DNA of 64,000 nt from positions 50,192,135-50,256,134 of the forward strand of contig NC_083419.1 in assembly GCF_020745735.1 (NCBI RefSeq). Direction: 5' to 3'. A program made the translations under genes and the position numbers. The DNA is from Hemiscyllium ocellatum (lineage: Eukaryota). A model generated the notes under the pieces. The model did not search any database, had not been told where the DNA came from, and was given only the letters and a program-made list of their open reading frames with translations. Positions 11,877 to 24,393 of the stretch are shown piece by piece (the first letter of the stretch is position 1; each line of letters starts with the position of its first letter).

Positions 11877-12836
11877 CTTATCAACAAAACTTACAATCCA
11901 GAATCACCATAAGTCAAACTTGAATTGACAGGTACATTGTATTCAATTATAAACCATAATTTATATATTCCCCCTTGCAGATTCAACTAACACAGCTTTT
12001 TCAAATTGGCTCTGCAATGCAAACAATATATATATCTCTTAAAAATCAAAGTTCTTCAAAAATCTTTCTTCCTTATGAAAAAAAATCAACTTCTTCCAGG
12101 ATGTAAACTGATTACCAGACACCAGCAGTTCATAAGGAAAAAATGTTTTATAGACACAGTCTTCGTCAAAATGGTACACAGCAACAAAACCTCTTTAAAC
12201 ACCTACATATCCACCAGTAACAGAAACAGTGGCAGCAACTTATCCTCAGCTTTTGGATCTGGCCTGTCTTCTTCAGCATGTATGTACTGTGCCTTTGGAC
12301 TCATCAGCTGCTACTTGAGCTTATAAGCTCAATTGGCTTTGCATCCCTTTGTAAGGACTCCATCAGTTTCAGTCTCCTCAGAATTTTGGATTTTCAAATC
12401 TCAGTTTCAATTTTTGTTTCCTTAGAAACACAGAGAGTCTTTCCCTTCCGTAGTTTCCTGTTTCAATTTCTGTTTGTTTGGTTCTGCCTCAAAAGAAAAT
12501 ATGTCAAACTTTGAAACTATAAAGTTCATAATCACCTAGAAGTAATAAAGTCATGGATTAGCATTACGTCAACAGAAGAATTGAGACAAAGAAGGAAAAA
12601 CAAATTTTTCCCATCATTTTAACCATTTGATTCAACTTGGGAGGAGTGCCAATGAGAGTTCATTGATCATCTTTGAATCAATTTTATGTCAATTTCCCTT
12701 CCCCTCCAATGAACATTAATTTACAAATCTAGGCCAGTCCTTTGCCAACTTTTACCTGTCTCCACCATCCCCCAACACTCTATCCTCTCCCTCCTTAAGC
12801 AATACTTTGATCATTTAAATATGACAGTTAATAGAT

Positions 12837-13201
12837 GATAGAAATTTATAAAATAATGAGGTATAGATAGAGTTGATGATAGTTGTCTTTTTCCTAAGAT
12901 GGGGACTTTCAAGACTAGGGGGCATATGTTTAAGGGGATAGGAGAGAAATGTTTAAAAAGACATGAGGCAAATCTTTTACATAGAGGCTGGTTCACGTAT
13001 GGAATGAACTTCCTGAGGAAGTGACGGATGCAGATACAATTACAGTGTTTAAGACATTTGGATAGATAAATAATTAGGAAATGTTTGGAGGGATATGGGC
13101 TAGGAGCAGGCAGGTGCGACTAATTTAGTTTGGTATTATATTTGGCATAGACTGGTTGGACTGAAGGGTCTGTTTCTGTGCTGAATGACTCTATGACTAT
13201 G
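12837..13201 (+). mobile_element. CR1 LINE 3' fragment
   Basis: IEIYKIMR...KTRGHMFK remnant, ending TGACTCTATGACTATG. Confidence 0.85.
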
Positions 13202-13664
13202 CACATCACCACTCTGAGATACATAATTTCCAAATAAATCAGAGTTTTCCCGTTGTCTACCCATCTACCTGTTAAACATGTTTCCTAGCTATTTCTTTCC
13301 TTGCTCTCTATGTCTCCTTTCCTAGCCTTCCCACTTCCTAAACCATAATGTATCATCCTCATTATCTATGCCTTCCATGTCCTTCTTTTCTCATTGTTCT
13401 TTTCCTCTCCCAATTTCATCACTCTCCCTATCTTTAACCTTGTTCTTTAGCTAACTCACTTCCTGCTTGATTCCCTTTGTCCTTCCGCAGCCTCTTCTCG
13501 GTTCTTGCCTATCCACTAACTATCCCACATCTCAAAACTGTACTTAGTCTTGAGCTCCTAAGCATAACATCACAGGACATTGATGAATAATACAGGTTAT
13601 GCTATAATGCAACTGTTGTGTTCCTCTGTGACCTTGTGCAAGAGAAAACTGCGCTATGGGAAAC

Positions 13665-14792
13665 TGTTATAGTGTAATGAAGTTGAAGGCATGTACTGAA
13701 CCTTTAAGACAGAGTGAATGCAGTTCTGAACTGAGAAATTACAAGCCCCTGTGTATATTATTAGGTGGCAGTCTCAGAGTGTACTCAAAATATGTAACAT
13801 TTGGCTATGAAATTGATACCTGAGTTTTGGTTGCTGTTTTGACAACAATTTGAATTTAACCAATGAGTTTAAATTGTGGCTAGGATATGAAAATCCAATC
13901 AAGTTTGAGTTTATTGCTTTGCCAACATCGAACCAATGAGATGATTCCATGGTGGTGATATAAAAATGCAGGCATTTTGAAAATTGGAGAGAAAGCAACT
14001 GCCATCAAGACCATTAAGGGGTGGCATGGTGGCTCAGTGGTTTGCACTGCTGTCTCACAGTGCTGGGAATCTGGGTTCAATTCCAGCCTCGGGTGACTGT
14101 CTGTGTGGAGTTTGCACATTCTCCCTGTGCCTGTGTGAATTTCCTCCGGGTGTTCTGGTTTCCTCTCACCATCCAAAGATGTGCAGGTTAGATGATTTGG
14201 CCATGCCATATTGCCCATAGTGTTCAAGGATGTTTCCATTTGGTGCATTAGTCAGGAGAAGTGTAAAAGTAACAGGGTAGGGGAATGGGTCTGGGTGCGA
14301 TACTCTTCGGAAGGTTGGTGTGGACTTGTTGGGCCAAATAGTCTGTTTCCAGACTGTAGGGAGGCTAAATCTACCAATCCAAGAAATTATGAATCACTCT
14401 CTAACAACGGTACCTTTTGATATGAAACATACTTGCAGGAAAAAAGGAAGAAGACGACCCAGGGAATTCAGTAGTCGGAAGAGTGAAGTCATAGAAGACA
14501 ACAGCGGTTGTGTGGTTTTGAAATTAAGTTGATGTAATTTTAATAAATGTCTTATTGGAACAGCATATTGTTGTAGAGTTGGAGCAGGTAATAAGCAATT
14601 AAGGGAAAGGGGGGGCTTAGAGTTGTTGTTTAAGATTCACTTTTAGAGTTAAAAAATAAATTGATATTATTTTCTTTAAACAATGGAATTTGGGAGTTCT
14701 CTGTCACTCATATTTTAACAAATTATGAGGCGAGGTGAGCTTTTCTAGGTGTTTGCTTTAATTACAGAAGGGTTCACCACTGTGTCGTAACA
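13665..14792 (+). repeat. 5' LTR of the Gmr1-like element (contains a SINE insertion)
   Basis: Ends TCGTAACA, followed by a PBS-like TGAGGGATTATCCAGAAT (14796-14813; 12/18 to the tRNA-Pro PBS TGGGGGCTCGTCCGGGAT). The left end is either TGTTAT 13665 or TGTAATGA 13673. Confidence 0.55.
14018..14372 (+). mobile_element. HE1-type SINE inserted in the LTR
   Basis: GGGTGGCATGGTGGCTCAGTGG head, GGTTCAATTCC B box, V-domain and CTGTTTCCAGACTGTAGGG tail. Confidence 0.9.
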
Positions 14793-15302
14793 ATTTGAGG
14801 GATTATCCAGAATTTGGACAGATTTAGACAGATTCAGTTTGAGATTTGGACAGATTTGAACAGATTTGGGGTATGAAAGATCCCAGCAGATTTAAACTTA
14901 CCAATTAGTGTCCTTAAATAAATAATTAGATCTTTAAATAAAACTAGCTGAAAAAAAATTGTTTAACTTTAGTTGCTTGTGGTTGGTTAAATTAAAAGTG
15001 AGAGAAATGGCTCTTAATGTTGCAAAAGAGGTTCTGTGGTTTGAAGATGCTTCCCATATTTGCCAAGAAAGTTTATAAAGACAGAGGAAGGACATACTTC
15101 TAGAGTTCACAAATAAGTTAGAATTGGGTTTAACTAGGGACAAAAGGAAAGCTGAAATTGTAATGGAGTTGATCAAGCACCTAGGTATATCAGAGAAACA
15201 GACAAGTGCAGTAGAGTTAGAAAAACCTATAATGCAATTGAGGCAAATGGAGTTAGAAGAGAAAGAAAGGGAAAAAAGAGCCATGTTAGAAGAGAGAGAA
15301 AC

Positions 15303-15337
<35 letters not shown>

Positions 15338-16797
15338 AGGAAAAGAAAGAGAGAGAGAATTTGAACTTCAGAAGTTGCAACTTAGACAGGAAAGTCAAGT
15401 TAACAGATCGAGATGAAGAGAGAAGATAGTGATCTATACAACTATGTTAAAACATTGCCGCATTTTGATGAGAAAGATGTCAAAGCCTTCTTTATTTCAT
15501 TTGAAAAATTGGCTTGGCAGATGGAATGTCCAGAGAACTTGTGCGTAATGCTATTTCAGACTAAGCTGGTAAGCAGAGCGAGTGACATATTTGCAGCACT
15601 GTCACTTGGGGTCAAGAGATTATGCAGATGCCAAAAAAGCTTTTTTGAGTGCCTATAAATTGGTACCAGAAGCATATATACAGCAGTCCAGAAACACAAA
15701 GAAGGAATCAGGTCAGACTTATGTTGAGTTCAAAAGAATTAAACACAGTAATTTTGATAGATGGGTGTGGGCCTTAAAAATATTTAAGACTTTTGAGGCT
15801 TTAAGAGAGATTATTCTGCTGGAGGGGTTTAAAAACTCACTTCCAGAGTTGATACAGAAAGTTCAAGAATTCAGAAGAGTGGCAGAGATGGCAGAGGAAT
15901 ATCATTGGAGCATAAGGCAAAGAGGGATAGAAATTGGGAGAAGGAGAGATCCTTCATTACAAACCAAAGAGTAGAGCACACTGGTAATAGTTTACCACAG
16001 GTGAAAAAAGAAGCCCAAGAGGGTGTAAAGGAGGTGAAAGGCTTCAGGTTTTTCCACTGTGCTAAGGTGGGACATGTAAAGTCACAATGCTGTTCGTTAG
16101 AGAAAGGCACTGTGGGAAAAAAATGTGATAAAAGAGGCTAAGATAGTGGGATTAACGAAAGTTGTAAAGGAAATCCCAACAAAAGTCAAGGAGTTGCAGG
16201 AGATTGCAAAGCTTAGGCAGGGGCTGGGCATTTAGTTAATGCCCGATCTCTTTCAAGACTTCACCTCTGCGGGTAAAGTTTACTCAGGAAGAATGGGGGA
16301 GAAGGGAAACATGGTATAATTTTGAGAGATACTGGATCTCATAGTAAGAGATGAACATATTTGCACTCTTCCTGACATGTTGCCCGAGAGAGTGGTAATT
16401 TGTGAAATAGATGGACAGAAGTTAAGTGTTTCCCTGTGTAAAATCAGGTTGGAGAGCCAAATCAAGACTGGGGAAGTAACAGTGTGGGTGATTGACAGAG
16501 TGTCAGTTCCAGGAATACAGTTTCTTCTTGGGAATGATTTAGCAGGATCCAAGGTGGGAGTGACTCACCTTGGTGTGGGCAATCAAAGGAAGATCAGGGA
16601 GTTGAGGAGTTAAAAGAAAAAATACCCTGGAATTTTTCCAGGCTGTCTAGTAAAAAGGTGCCACTATCATGAGTCACAGCAAGAAGCAAACACTAAAAAG
16701 AAAGACAAAGGGTTGAAGTTCATTTAGCAGACACCCTGTTAAATGTAATGGTGCAGGAAAAACCTGCACAGGCAGAGGGTCAGTCAGAAGTGTTTAG

Positions 16798-17579
16798 TCA
16801 TAGAGTCAGAGATGTACAGCATGGAAACAGACCCTTCTGTCCAACCCGACAATGCTGACCAGATATCCCAACCCAATCCAGTCCTACCTGCCAGCACCTG
16901 GCCAATATCCCTCCAAACCCTTCCTATTCATATACCCATCCAAATGCCTCTTAAATGTTGCAATTGTACCAGCCTCCACCACTTCCTCTGGCAGCTCATT
17001 CCATACATGTACCACCCTCTGAGTGAAAAAATTGCCCTGTAGGACTCTTTTATATCTTTCCTCTCTCAACCTAAACCTATGCCCTCTGGTTCTGGACTCC
17101 CCGACCCCAGGGAAAAAACTTTGCCTATTTATCCTATCTATGTCCCTCATAATTTTGTAAACCTCTATAAGGTCACCCCTCAGCCTCCGACTCTCCAGGG
17201 AAAACAGCCCCAGCCTGTTCAGCCTCTCCCTATAGCTCAAATCCTCCAACCCTGGCACAATCTTGTAAATCTTTTCTGAACCCTTTCAAGTTTCACAACA
17301 TCTTTCCGATAGGAAGGAGACCATAACTGCACGCAATATTCCAACAGTGGCCTAACCAATGTCCTGTTCAGCCGCACATGACCTCCCAACTCTTATACTC
17401 AATACTCTGACCAATAAAGGAAAGCATACCAAATGCCTTCTTCACTATCCTATCTACCTGCAACTCCACTTTCAAGGAACTATGAACCTGTACTCCAAGG
17501 TCTCTTTGATTAGCAACACTCCCTAGGACCTTACCATTAAGTGTATAAGTCCTGCTAAGATTTGTTTTCCCAAAATGCA
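16798..17579 (-). mobile_element. CR1 (HER1-like) LINE 3' fragment nested in Gypsy pol
   Basis: ORFs 16884-17258 and 17368-17640 give CR1 C-terminal sequence. TGACTCTA tail. Nearly identical to 41010-41790. Confidence 0.95.
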
Positions 17580-18321
17580 CAAAGGCTAATGAGAAATAAA
17601 TGAGAAAGATGAGAAATAAATGATATGTATATTGATGCATACTCAGAAAGGAATTAGAATATATTCCTGAGGGTTATTATCTTAAAGATAGAATTGTAAG
17701 ACAAAAATGGAGACCACGGTAGAGGGGAAATGGGCAGAAGTGCACCAGATTGTGGTGCCAGTAGCATACAGACAGGAAGTATAATGGGTAGCACATGAAC
17801 TACCAGTAGGAGGTCACCTAGGTGTGAGGAAAAATCAGGCTAAGGTACAAAAGCATTTCTATTGCCCTGGACTGCACAAGGATGTGGTTAAATTTTGCCA
17901 TACATGTCATATATGCCAAATGGTAGGTAAGCCATAGGCAGTAATAAAACCAGTACCTTTGTTGCTAATTCTTGCATTCAAAGAACCTTCACACAGGTTA
18001 TGATTGATTGTGCAGATTCCCCTCCCTAAATCTAAAAGTTGGAACTAGTATTTGCTAACCATAATGGATATGTCTACCAGATTTCCGGAGGCTATTCCAT
18101 TACGGAGTATCAAAGCAAAAAGGTGGTGAAGGAGTTGGTTGCTTTTTTTACATGGGATGGGCTACTCAGAGAGATTCAGTCAGACCAAGATTATAATTTT
18201 ACTGCTAGGCTGTTTAAGAAAGTCATGGATAGCTTAGGTATACAGCACTTTAAGTAAAGTGCATATCATCTTGAATCCCAGGGAGCTTTAGAAAGGTAGC
18301 ATCAGACCTTGAAGACCACAT

Positions 18322-20534
18322 AGAACATAGAACATAGAACATAGAAGGATACAGCGCAGTACAGGCCCTTCGGCCCTCGATGTTGCGCCGACCGAATCCT
18401 ACCTAACCTATACTAGCCCAATAACTTCCAAATGCCTATCCAATGCCCGCTTAAATGACCATAAAGAAGGAGAGTTCACCACTGATACGGGCAGGGCATT
18501 CCATGAACTCACAACCCGCTGTGTGAAGAATCTACCCCTAACATCTGTCCTATACCTACCACCCCTTAATTTAAAGCTATGTCCCCTAGTAACACCTGAC
18601 TCCATTAGCGGTAAAAGGTTCTTAGTATCTACCCTATCTAAACCCCTAATCATCTTATACACTTCTATCAGATCTCCCCTAAACCTTCTCTTCTCCAATG
18701 AGAACAGCCCCAAGTGCCTCAGCCTTTCCTCATAAGATTTTCCTACCATTCCAGGCAACATCCTGGTAAACCTCCTCTGCACTCGTTCTAAAGCTTCCAC
18801 ATCCTTCCTATAGTATGGCGACCAGAACTGCACACAATACTCCAGATGAGGCCGCACCAGAGTCTTATACAACTGCAACATGACCTCAGGACTCCGGAAC
18901 TCAATTCCTCTGCCAATAAAGCCCAGTACACCATATGCCTTCCTCACAGCACTATTTACCTGGGTGGCAACTTTCAGAGATCTGTGTACATGGACACCAA
19001 GATCCCTCTGCTCATCCACACTACCAAGTAGCCTACCATTAGCCCAGTAATCCATCATCTTGTTATTCCTACCAAAGTGAACGACTTCGCACTTAGCTAC
19101 ATTGAATTCCATTTGCCACATTTCCGCCCAGCTCTGCAACTTATCTATATCCCGCTGTAACCTACCACTTCCTTCCTCACTATCCACAACTCCACCGACT
19201 TTTGTGTCATCCGCAAACTTGCTTACCCAGCTTTCAAGTCCTTCCTCTAGATCATTTATAAAGATAACAAAAAGCAATGGTCCCAAAACAGATCCTTGTG
19301 GTACACCGCTAGTAACTGCGCTCCAAGATGAACATAATCCATCAACTACTACCCTCTGTCTCCTTCCAGCCAGCCAATTCCTAATCCAAACCTCTAATGT
19401 ATCCTCAATGCCATACCTCCGAAGTTTTAGCATTAGCCTACCATGGGGAACCTTATCGAACGCCTTACTAAAATCCATATACACAACATCTACTGCTTTA
19501 CCCTCATCCACTTCCTTGGTCACCTTCTCAAAGAACTCAATAAGGTTTGTGAGGCACGACCTGCCCTTCACAAAACCATGCTGGCTATCCCTGATCACGT
19601 TATTCCTACCCAGATGTTCATAAATCTTATCCCTTACCATTCTCTCCAAGACTTTGCCCACCACTGAAGTCAGACTCACTGGCCTATAGTTGCTAGGGCT
19701 ATCCCTACTCCCTTTCTTGAACAATGGGACCACATTGGCTATCCTCCAGTCCTCTGGTACTATTCCTGTTGACAACGATGACATAAAAATCCAGGCCAAT
19801 GGCTCTGCTATCTCCTCCCTAGCTTCCCATAGGATCCTGGGGTAAATGCCATCAGGCCCAGGAGACTTATCTATATTCATCCTTTCCAATATTCCCAAAA
19901 CCTCTTCCCTGCATATTTCCAGGGCATCCATTCTAATTATTTGTGATTCCATATTCACATCAGCAACAGTGTCCTGTTCCTGAGTGAATACTGATGAAAA
20001 GTACTGATTTAATGTCTCTCCAATCTCCTCCGCCTCCACACACAACTTCCCACTACTATCCTTGACTGGACCGATACCTACCCTAGTCATCCTTTTATTC
20101 TTGACATACCTATAGAAAGCCTTTGGGTTTTCCCTAATCCTACCAGCTAAAGACTTTTCATGTCCCCTTCTCGCTTTTCTTAACTCCCTCTTTAGCTCCT
20201 TCCTGGCTACCTTATAACTCTCAATCGCCCCTACTGAACCTTCACGCCTCATCTTTACATATGCCGCCTTCTTCCCTTTCACAAGGGACTCCAATTCCTT
20301 ACTAAACCACGGCTGCCTCACAAGGCCCTTTACACCATGCCTGACTGGTACATACCTATCGAGGACACGCAGTAGCTGCTCCTTGAACACTCCCCACATC
20401 TCATTAGTGTTCTTCTCTTGAAGCCTGTTTTTCCAATCCACACATCCTAAGTCATGCCTCACTGCATCATAATTTCCCTGCCCCCAGCTATAGCTCTTGC
20501 CCTGCGGCACACGATTATCCCTCTCCATCACTAA
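18322..20534 (-). mobile_element. Young 5'-truncated CR1 LINE (distinct subfamily) nested in the Gypsy integrase
   Basis: Unbroken reading frame, (TTCTATG)n tail, and ACAT duplicated at 18318-18321 and 20535-20538. Confidence 0.95.
18408..20531 (-). CDS. CR1 ORF2 reverse transcriptase plus C-terminal domain (707 codons, endonuclease missing)
   Basis: KSPGPDG, NYRPVSLTS, QHGF, YMDFSKAFDKV, GVPQGSVLGPLLF, FADD, RDLGV and LERVQRRFTRML with no stop. The track's start is a GTG at the truncation point, so expression is not implied. Confidence 0.9.
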   Translation of the reverse strand: MMERDNRVPQGKSYSWGQGNYDAVRHDLGCVDWKNRLQEKNTNEMWGVFKEQLLRVLDRYVPVRHGVKGLVRQPWFSKELESLVKGKKAAYVKMRREGSVGAIESYKVARKELKRELRKARRGHEKSLAGRIRENPKAFYRYVKNKRMTRVGIGPVKDSSGKLCVEAEEIGETLNQYFSSVFTQEQDTVADVNMESQIIRMDALEICREEVLGILERMNIDKSPGPDGIYPRILWEAREEIAEPLAWIFMSSLSTGIVPEDWRIANVVPLFKKGSRDSPSNYRPVSLTSVVGKVLERMVRDKIYEHLGRNNVIRDSQHGFVKGRSCLTNLIEFFEKVTKEVDEGKAVDVVYMDFSKAFDKVPHGRLMLKLRRYGIEDTLEVWIRNWLAGRRQRVVVDGLCSSWSAVTSGVPQGSVLGPLLFVIFINDLEEGLESWVSKFADDTKVGGVVDSEEGSGRLQRDIDKLQSWAEMWQMEFNVAKCEVVHFGRNNKMMDYWANGRLLGSVDEQRDLGVHVHRSLKVATQVNSAVRKAYGVLGFIGRGIEFRSPEVMLQLYKTLVRPHLEYCVQFWSPYYRKDVEALERVQRRFTRMLPGMVGKSYEERLRHLGLFSLEKRRFRGDLIEVYKMIRGLDRVDTKNLLPLMESGVTRGHSFKLRGGRYRTDVRGRFFTQRVVSSWNALPVSVVNSPSLWSFKRALDRHLEVIGLV

Positions 20535-22224
20535 ACATTAAGAACATACTGTCAGGATTACCCGAATGATTGGGATGAAGGTATCCCATTCGTATTGTTT
20601 ACCATTAGAGATGCCCCAAACGAGTCGACTCAGTTTACTCCCTATGAGTTAATTTTCAGACATGAAGAGAGAGGACCTTTGAAATTAATTAAAGAAAAAT
20701 TGATAGGAGATCTCACATTTGGATTATGTATCGGAGGTGAGGGAGAGATTAAATCGAGTGTGTGAATTAGTTAAATAGCACTTGAGGAGGGCACACCATA
20801 GAATGAAGCAGGTGGAAGATAAAAACTCTAAAATTCAGATGTTTGCCTGTGGGGATGACGCATTAGTATTGTTGCCAATGGTAGGAGATCCCTTCAAAGC
20901 CAGGTTTAATGGTCCCTATCAAATTGAGAAAAAGTTGAGTCAGGTAGTTTATCTGGTAAAGATGCCAGATAGGAAAAAACTGTATTGTGTATGTCATGTG
21001 AATATGTTGAAAAACTACTATGATAGAGACTGAGAGCTGTAGAAATAGGTGTTAGTTACTGCCCTGCAGCGTGAGGTATCAAATCCAGATATCATGGAGT
21101 TTGATGTGCCTCAAAATATGTTAAATAATCAGGAAATCCATGAGGAGTGGGATAGGTTAGTGAGCTATCTGTCTCAGGAGCAAAGAACCCAACTTGAAAG
21201 CTTTGTTGCAGCAATATGAGGACATACACAAGAATAAGATGGGGAGGACTAATACCATTGTGCATGAGGTGGAAGTAGGGAATGCTGTTCTGATAAAACA
21301 ACAACCCTCCGGACTAATCCTCTCAAAGCCACACAGGTCCAGAAGGAAGTGGATGAAGTCAATGAAGATATTATCGAATCGAGTCAGAGTGAGTGGAGTT
21401 AGCCGATTGTCTTAGTTCCCAAACCTGATGGGACCCAACGATTTCATGTAGACTATCGGAAGATCAACACCATAACAAAACTGGACTCCTATCCAATACC
21501 AAGATTGGAGGACTGTATAGAGAAAGTTGGTCAAGCCACTTACATCACAAAGTTGGACTTACTGCGTGGCTTTATCAGGTACTACAGGTACCTTTATCAG
21601 AGAAAGCGAAAGATGTTTCTGCGTGGGTGATATCAATTCAAAGTGATGCCCTTTGGAATGAAGAATGTAACATTCCAAAGACTCGTGAACAGAGTTGTGG
21701 CCGGGTTAACAAATTGTGCAGTTTATCTGGATGATTTAGTGATATTTAGTGAGTCATGGAAAGATCACATTTGAACGATTACGAGAAGCAAAACTGGTAA
21801 TAAACTTAAAGGAAACAGAATTTGTGAAGGCAGAGGTGATGTTCTTGGGATATAACATCGGTCATGGAAGGTTGACCCCTAGGAACGCCAAGACGAAGGC
21901 CATTGGGGAATTTCCACAAATATCCTCAAAGAAAGAGGTGCTTTGATTTTTGGAACTAAGCAGATTCTGCTGGAAGTTTGTTCCAAACTTCAGCATCATG
22001 ATGGCACTGCTAACAGATTTACTAAAGAAGAACACAACATTTTAGTGGACAGAACAATGCCAAGAGGCATTTGAGAATTTAAAAGCAGTATTAACCACGG
22101 CACCAGTTTTAGCTACACCAAATCTTTTGAAATCCTTCAAAGGTGCAATCGATGCTCGCAATATTGGAGTTAGAGCTGTACTGCGACAGGAAGATGATGA
22201 TGAAATTGAACTGCTATTGTGGGT

Positions 22225-22363
22225 CAACCTACAGCAGGCAGACTACAGTGGTTCAAAAAGGCAGCTCACCACCACCTTCTCAAGGGCATCCAGGGATGGG
22301 CAATAAAGGCTGGCCAGCCAGTCATGCCCACATCCTACAAAATGAATAAATAAATAAATAAAA
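22225..22363 (+). mobile_element. 3' end of an ancient L2/CR1-group LINE
   Basis: GCAGCTCACCACCACCTTCTCAAGGGCA..GGGATGGGCAATAAA.GCTGGCCAGCCAG..ATGCCCACATCC + (TAAA)n. Related tails at ~8908-8976 (+) and ~23222-23280 (-). Confidence 0.7.
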
Positions 22364-22814
22364 TGCCTTCACCAATCTTTACCATTACCTCTTTCCTTGG
22401 TAACTTTTGCCAAATGATTGGTTCCACCTCCATTGACTTTCATACTTTACATCTATTTACAAAAAAATATTGAATGATCAGTTTTTCACATTATTTGTTC
22501 AGTTAACACTTGGGATATAACTGACTCTATATTTTTGTATGTGTGGATACAATATTGTTTATAGTCATATAATAATTAAATGGACTAATTGTATCTTGGT
22601 CTAGGACTGTTGCAATATTATTTGAGGTGTGATTCATATGTTTTGTTATAAATTCTACATCTGTGCATGATAATCATTTTAAATTTTGTTTCAAATATAT
22701 TTATGCATTTTTTTCTGTGTTTTGTTATCTCTTTAATATTAATATGGGTGTAGTGTTGTTGTATTTCTATTACTGGCTGTTTGCAAAGATCAAAATTCCA
22801 TACGTTTTAAGACA

Positions 22815-24393
22815 GTTATGGTAAAGGGTTTGACTGTGCTCAGGTGAAAGTGCTAAATTGGGGGGAAGCTAATTACAATAGTATTTGTCAGGAAGGGGAG
22901 GAATTAGATTGTATACTCTTTAGCCACAGGTGAAGTTCCAGTAGATTGGAAAATAGCCAATATTGTTTCTTTATTAAAATAGTTGACAAGGTCCCACAGA
23001 GTAGACAGGTCCAGAAGATTAAGTAATATGGAATCCACTGTGAGTTGGTAGATTGGATACGGAATTGACTTGGTCATAAAAGACAAAGGGTAATTGTGGA
23101 GGGGTGTTTTTCTGACTGGAGATCTATAAATAGTAGAGTTTCTAAGGATCAGTGCTGGGACCTCTGTTGGTTATAATATATATATACATAAATGATTTAG
23201 ATGAAAATATATGTGGTCTGGCTTTTTTAATTTCACGAGTGGGATGTGGGCATTTTCAGCATTTATTGTTCATCTGTTGCTAGGCTGATTAGTAAGCTTG
23301 CAGACAACACCAAAATTGGTGGAGTTGTAGAAAGTGAGGAAAGATTTCAAAGAATACAGCATGATATAGATTAGTTGGAAATTGGGCAGAGAAATAGTAC
23401 AAGCATGAGCTGATGCGTTTTTGGAGATCAAATGTAAATGAAAAGTATACAATAAATGGCAGGACCTTGAGGAGTGTTGATATACAGAGGAATTTTAGGG
23501 TGCAGGTCCATAGCTCCCTGAAAGTGGCACAAAGAGTGGGTAGGTGGTAGAGAAGGCATATGGCATGCTTGCTTTCATCAGTCAGGCCATTGAGTATAAA
23601 AGTTGCAAGTCATGTTGCAGCTGAAAAAAAACTTTAGTTAGGCCATATTTGAAGTAACGCATGCAGCTCTGATTTCCACAATATAGGTAAGATGTCCAAA
23701 AGTATGGCACTGGAAAAACACAACAGGTCAGGCAGCATCCAAGGAACAGGAGAATTAACATTTCGGGCAACATTCAGGAATGATGAAGGGCTTATGCCCG
23801 AAATGTCAATTCTCCTGCTCCTCAGATGCTGCCTGATATGCTGTGCTTTTTCAGCACCACAGTCTCAACTCTGATCTCCAGCATTTTCAGTCCTCACTTT
23901 CTCCTGTAGGAAATCTGTGGAGACTTTGGGGGGGGTGGAGCTGCAAACCAGGATGTTATCTGGTTAGGACTGTATTAGCTGTAAGTTGAAACTGGATAAA
24001 CTTGGATTGCTTTTGCTACAACTTTGGAATCTAAGGAATGATCTGATATAAAATATATAAAGTATATAAAATTGAGAGATGTACATAGGATGACAACATC
24101 AAATAATAGAGGGCATAGGTTTAAGATGCAAAGGGGAAAGTTAAAAGGAGACATGTGAGGCAGGTTGTTTTACGCAGAGGATCATAGGTGCCTGAAACAT
24201 ATTGCCAGTGAAGGTGATGGAAGCATATATAATAGCAACATTTAAGAAGCATTTAGACTGACATGAACAGGCAGAGAATAGAGGGATATGGATAATGTGC
24301 AGACAGATGAGATTAGTTTAGAATGGCACCATGGCTAGCATGGACATGGTGGGCCAAAGAACCTGTTCCTGTGCTGTACTGTTCTATATTCTA
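22815..24393 (+). mobile_element. Degenerate, internally deleted CR1 LINE
   Basis: DWKIANIVSL, DKVPQ, ADNTKIGG and FKKHLD remnants, with a CTGTGCTGTACTGTTCTATATTCTA tail. Confidence 0.85.
23696..23904. mobile_element. Palindromic PLE-derived mini-element (family B) inside CR1
   Basis: Inverted arms. TGATGA-A-GGGC-TTAT-GCCC-GAAATGTC at ~23781-23807. Degenerate TSD (10/14) at 23682-23695 and 23905-23918. Confidence 0.85.

Larger units (their letters stand above)
13665..22220 (+). mobile_element. Decayed Gmr1-like Ty3/Gypsy LTR retrotransposon (5'LTR-gag-PR-IN-RT-partial RH), no 3' LTR seen
   Basis: LTR TGT...TCGTAACA (~13665-14792). gag from ATG 15007 with a degenerate zinc knuckle (~16050-16092). 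LRDTGS protease at 16322-16339. Integrase HELPVGGHLG...CHTCHICQ, SDQ, ESQGALER (17790-18300) and ARFNGPYQI (~20900). RT YLDD at 21724-21735. RNase H start at ~22140. Confidence 0.9.

Noticed and set aside
14934-15398. 154-aa Ser/Leu-rich minus-strand ORF
   Set aside because: Antisense shadow of the (GA)n-rich gag segment.
19102-19623. 173-aa plus-strand ORF and similar ORFs opposite other CR1s
   Set aside because: Antisense frames of CR1 RT that recur in every copy, with no independent coding evidence.
22220-24000. 3' LTR of the Gypsy element
   Set aside because: No repeat of 13665-14792 was seen. The element breaks off in RNase H at a LINE tail.
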